From contig JBBIIG010000052.1 in NCBI GenBank assembly GCA_037446635.1, positions 1 through 29,210 on the forward strand: 29,210 bases of DNA, in the 5' to 3' direction. Below the pieces are notes generated by a model that saw only the letters and a program-made list of their open reading frames with translations, made no database searches and had not been told where the DNA came from. The position numbers and the translations under genes were made by a program. Below, one piece after another: positions 26,796 to 29,210 of this stretch. Each line of letters starts with the position of its first letter. The stretch's first letter is position 1. This stretch comes from a bacterium (GTDB lineage Bacteria; Zhuqueibacterota; Zhuqueibacteria; Oceanimicrobiales; Oceanimicrobiaceae).

Positions 26796-28610
26796 ATGAA
26801 GAACAGATTTTCTTCTCTCGCGCTGGCGGCGTTGCTGCTCGCCAGCCTGGGGTCCCCTGCGCTTTTCGCGCAGTTTTATGAAATCAAACATGAAATCATA
26901 AATGCCTACGGCTGGTTTGGCGGCGACAACCGGCCCATGCAGCAGCGCACGGCCGGCGTCGGGCAAAGCGTCTTGATCGATACCACGATGACGGTCAGGA
27001 GCTTCGCCTTTTATTTCAGAGGGCCGTTTGATTATGCCTTCAATCCCGAGGGCAGGGGGCACGCGGTCACCTTGACGCTGAACGTGCGGGATGCGAGCGG
27101 TATCATTCTAAAAACAGTGCAAGCGGTCGTGCCCGATAGCTTTTCCGCCGGTTGGATCACCTGGCAAGGCATCAATCTGCTGGCCGCCGCCAATACGACG
27201 CTCATCTTCACCTGCTATCAAGTCGGCGCGTACGATTCTGCTCAATACACCGCGAGCCACGGCGCCGATGCCAGCCAGAGCTATACGAATGGCGTTCGCT
27301 ATGGCAAAGATGGTACGAGCGATGCGGACATGGAAAGCTGGACCGACTGGGTGGTGCACCCGAGCTGGGATTCGGCCTTCCGGCTGGAAGGAACCTTAGG
27401 CCCAGCATCCAACAAGAATTGCGATAAAACTTCCATCGGGCAGGTGCCGCTGAACGACTTGGGCACGGGGACTTATCAAGGCTATCAGGGTGGGCTTTAT
27501 CCCGGCGGCAGCAACGGCCTGCCCATTGCGCACAAAGCTGCCGGGCTTGCTGCCGCGGCGCAGGTCAGGCCGTTGGACCAATCAGGCAACGTGGATTTGA
27601 CCAACGGCAAGATCGCGCTCATTTCGATTGGGCCATCCTTCGCCACCATGGAATTTTCCGCCTTTCAATTTCTTGCCGGCCAGGATGTGTCCATTAACCC
27701 CAAACTCGTGCTTGTCGATGGCGCGCAAAGCGGCCAGTCCGCGGAACAATTTGCCGATACCTCCGACAATGTCTGGAACGTGATCGCTCAGCGTTTGAGC
27801 AATGCCAATGTGACGTCGAAACAGGTTCAGGTAGCCTGGGTCAAGTCCGTGAACGCGGTGCATACTGCGGGGTTTCCCGCTGACCAGACCAAACTAACCG
27901 GCGACCTGGCGACCATCTCCAGAAATCTCAAGGCAAAATTCCCTAACATCAAACTCGCCTATTTTTCCAGCCGGTCATACGGCGGTTATGGAGGGAGCGA
28001 GCCTTATCCGTATGAAACCGGCTTCGCGGTGAAATGGCTGATCGAGAACCAAATCACCGGCGACACCACGCTGGCCTTTGGTGGCGCCAACCCCAAAGCG
28101 CCGTGGCTGGTGTGGGGACCGTATTTCTGGGCCGATGGCACCACGCCCCGGCAGGACAGCCTGGTTTGGGAGTGCAGCGATTTTCAAGACGACGGCACGC
28201 ACCCTTCGCTGTTCGGACGCGCGAAAGTTGCAAGACTGTTGTTGACCTTCTTCAAAACGGATTCCACGACCAGCTTATGGTTTCTCCGAAATCCACCGAC
28301 GTCGGTTGAAGCGAATCGCCACGATTCTCCACGGGCTTTCGCCCTGGAACAGAATTATCCCAATCCCTTTAATCCAGCGACGACGATTCGCTATGTTCTT
28401 GAGCGTGACGATGAAGTACGGCTGGTGATTTATAATGCGCTGGGAAAAACCGTGCGCACACTGGTGCACGGTCATCAACCCGCTGGTGAACATACCGTCG
28501 TTTGGGATGGAAGAAACGATCTCGGTCAACCGGTGGCGAGCGGCAGTTATTTCTACCAGCTAAAAGTTGGAAATACTTTTTCCACCAAACGAATGTTAGT
28601 TCTGCATTAG
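26796..28610 (+). CDS. Secreted multidomain protein: N-terminal domain of unknown function, SGNH/GDSL-like hydrolase domain, FlgD-Ig/T9SS-like C-terminal domain
   Basis: AGGAG RBS before ATG 26796; signal peptide; ISIGPSF (Ser), DGAQSG, DGTHP (DxxH); QNYPNPFNPAT. Confidence 0.8.
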   Translation: MKNRFSSLALAALLLASLGSPALFAQFYEIKHEIINAYGWFGGDNRPMQQRTAGVGQSVLIDTTMTVRSFAFYFRGPFDYAFNPEGRGHAVTLTLNVRDASGIILKTVQAVVPDSFSAGWITWQGINLLAAANTTLIFTCYQVGAYDSAQYTASHGADASQSYTNGVRYGKDGTSDADMESWTDWVVHPSWDSAFRLEGTLGPASNKNCDKTSIGQVPLNDLGTGTYQGYQGGLYPGGSNGLPIAHKAAGLAAAAQVRPLDQSGNVDLTNGKIALISIGPSFATMEFSAFQFLAGQDVSINPKLVLVDGAQSGQSAEQFADTSDNVWNVIAQRLSNANVTSKQVQVAWVKSVNAVHTAGFPADQTKLTGDLATISRNLKAKFPNIKLAYFSSRSYGGYGGSEPYPYETGFAVKWLIENQITGDTTLAFGGANPKAPWLVWGPYFWADGTTPRQDSLVWECSDFQDDGTHPSLFGRAKVARLLLTFFKTDSTTSLWFLRNPPTSVEANRHDSPRAFALEQNYPNPFNPATTIRYVLERDDEVRLVIYNALGKTVRTLVHGHQPAGEHTVVWDGRNDLGQPVASGSYFYQLKVGNTFSTKRMLVLH

Positions 28611-28642
28611 GCGCTTAAACCACATAGGGAGGAGGGTACCCC

Positions 28643-28683
28643 GGGGCTGTCCAAAAAGTCGAATTTTAATGTCATTCTGAGGA
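28643..28683 (+). mobile_element. Truncated left end of the same MITE-like element
   Basis: 40/41 identity to 18659-18699; followed by a different GC-rich element (GGTTCCGGCTCGTCCGGGTTAGG, 28716-28738). Confidence 0.7.
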
Positions 28684-28768
28684 TTTGAACAAATCCTGTA
28701 AATCTGGTCTAATTTGGTTCCGGCTCGTCCGGGTTAGGTTCTTTCAGTTCAAAAATAAGGAGGAAACT

Positions 28769-29210
28769 ATGAAGACGCATATTCAACCAATGGTCTTAAC
28801 GCTTCTGTTGGGGACCAAACTTTTGGCGCAAAGCCAATGGACATGGCAAAATCCCCTGCCGCAGGGTTACACGCTGCATGCTTTGCATGTTTTCGATGCC
28901 AACACGGTGTTGGCCGCGGGCGAGGCGGCCACGGCGATCAAAAGCACCGACGGCGGCGCGAGCTGGAGTTTGCAGCACAACCTCGGCGGCGAAATGATCG
29001 TGGTCGAATTGGAATCCGTTGCGTTTGTCGATGCGAACACCGGGTATGCCGCCGGGCCGGGCGACCGCATTTTCAAAACGATGGATGGCGGCGCCACCTG
29101 GTCCGTGCAAAGCGCCGGCGTGTTTTCCACGCTGCACGCGGTTGATTTCAGCAATGCTCAAACCGGCTGGGCGGTTGGCGACGGCGGTACTATCCTCAAA
29201 ACCACCAACG
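28769..29210 (+). CDS. YCF48/BNR-repeat beta-propeller secreted protein, partial (runs off the window; absent from the ORF track)
   Basis: TAAGGAGG RBS; manual translation MKTHIQPMVLTLLLGTKLLAQSQWTWQNPLPQGYTLH..KSTDGGASW..FVDANTGYAAG..KTMDGGATW..GWAVGDGGTILKTTN. Confidence 0.9.
   Translation, partial: MKTHIQPMVLTLLLGTKLLAQSQWTWQNPLPQGYTLHALHVFDANTVLAAGEAATAIKSTDGGASWSLQHNLGGEMIVVELESVAFVDANTGYAAGPGDRIFKTMDGGATWSVQSAGVFSTLHAVDFSNAQTGWAVGDGGTILKTTN

Overview
Bacterial genomic window. The organism probably belongs to a KSB1/Calditrichota-like lineage; this is an inference from four secreted proteins ending in an N[YF]PNPFN/FlgD-Ig 'T9SS-like' C-terminal domain, canonical GGAGG ribosome-binding sites and sigma70-like promoters. 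Contents, left to right: (1) an outer-membrane beta-barrel gene converging on a minus-strand metal-uptake locus (TonB-dependent receptor plus lipoprotein) in which each of the two genes has its own DUF2946/CruR-like leader ORF (signal-anchor, HxH, CxxC, C-terminal RAPP arrest motif, identical motif spacing); (2) a 1433-aa beta-helix/dockerin/cohesin protein and an adjacent cohesin protein; (3) a DUF4249-like lipoprotein, a GNAT, an LVIVD/choice-of-anchor-B lipoprotein and metH; (4) an ECF sigma factor, a membrane TPR anti-sigma-like gene and a convergent lipoprotein TPR-CHAT protease, separated by an orphan antitoxin and a decapitated toxin; (5) a cluster of secreted FG-GAP, SGNH-like and YCF48-like proteins. 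The motif TGTTAC-N17-CCCTATA occurs three times, once at the 3' end of the sigma gene and twice upstream of the FG-GAP genes, which suggests a protease-linked ECF circuit with its own regulon. Intergenic regions are crowded with REP-like palindromes, a MITE-like element and 7/8-mer tandem repeats. No rRNA, tRNA or CRISPR array was seen. All family assignments are by eye; no database search was run.
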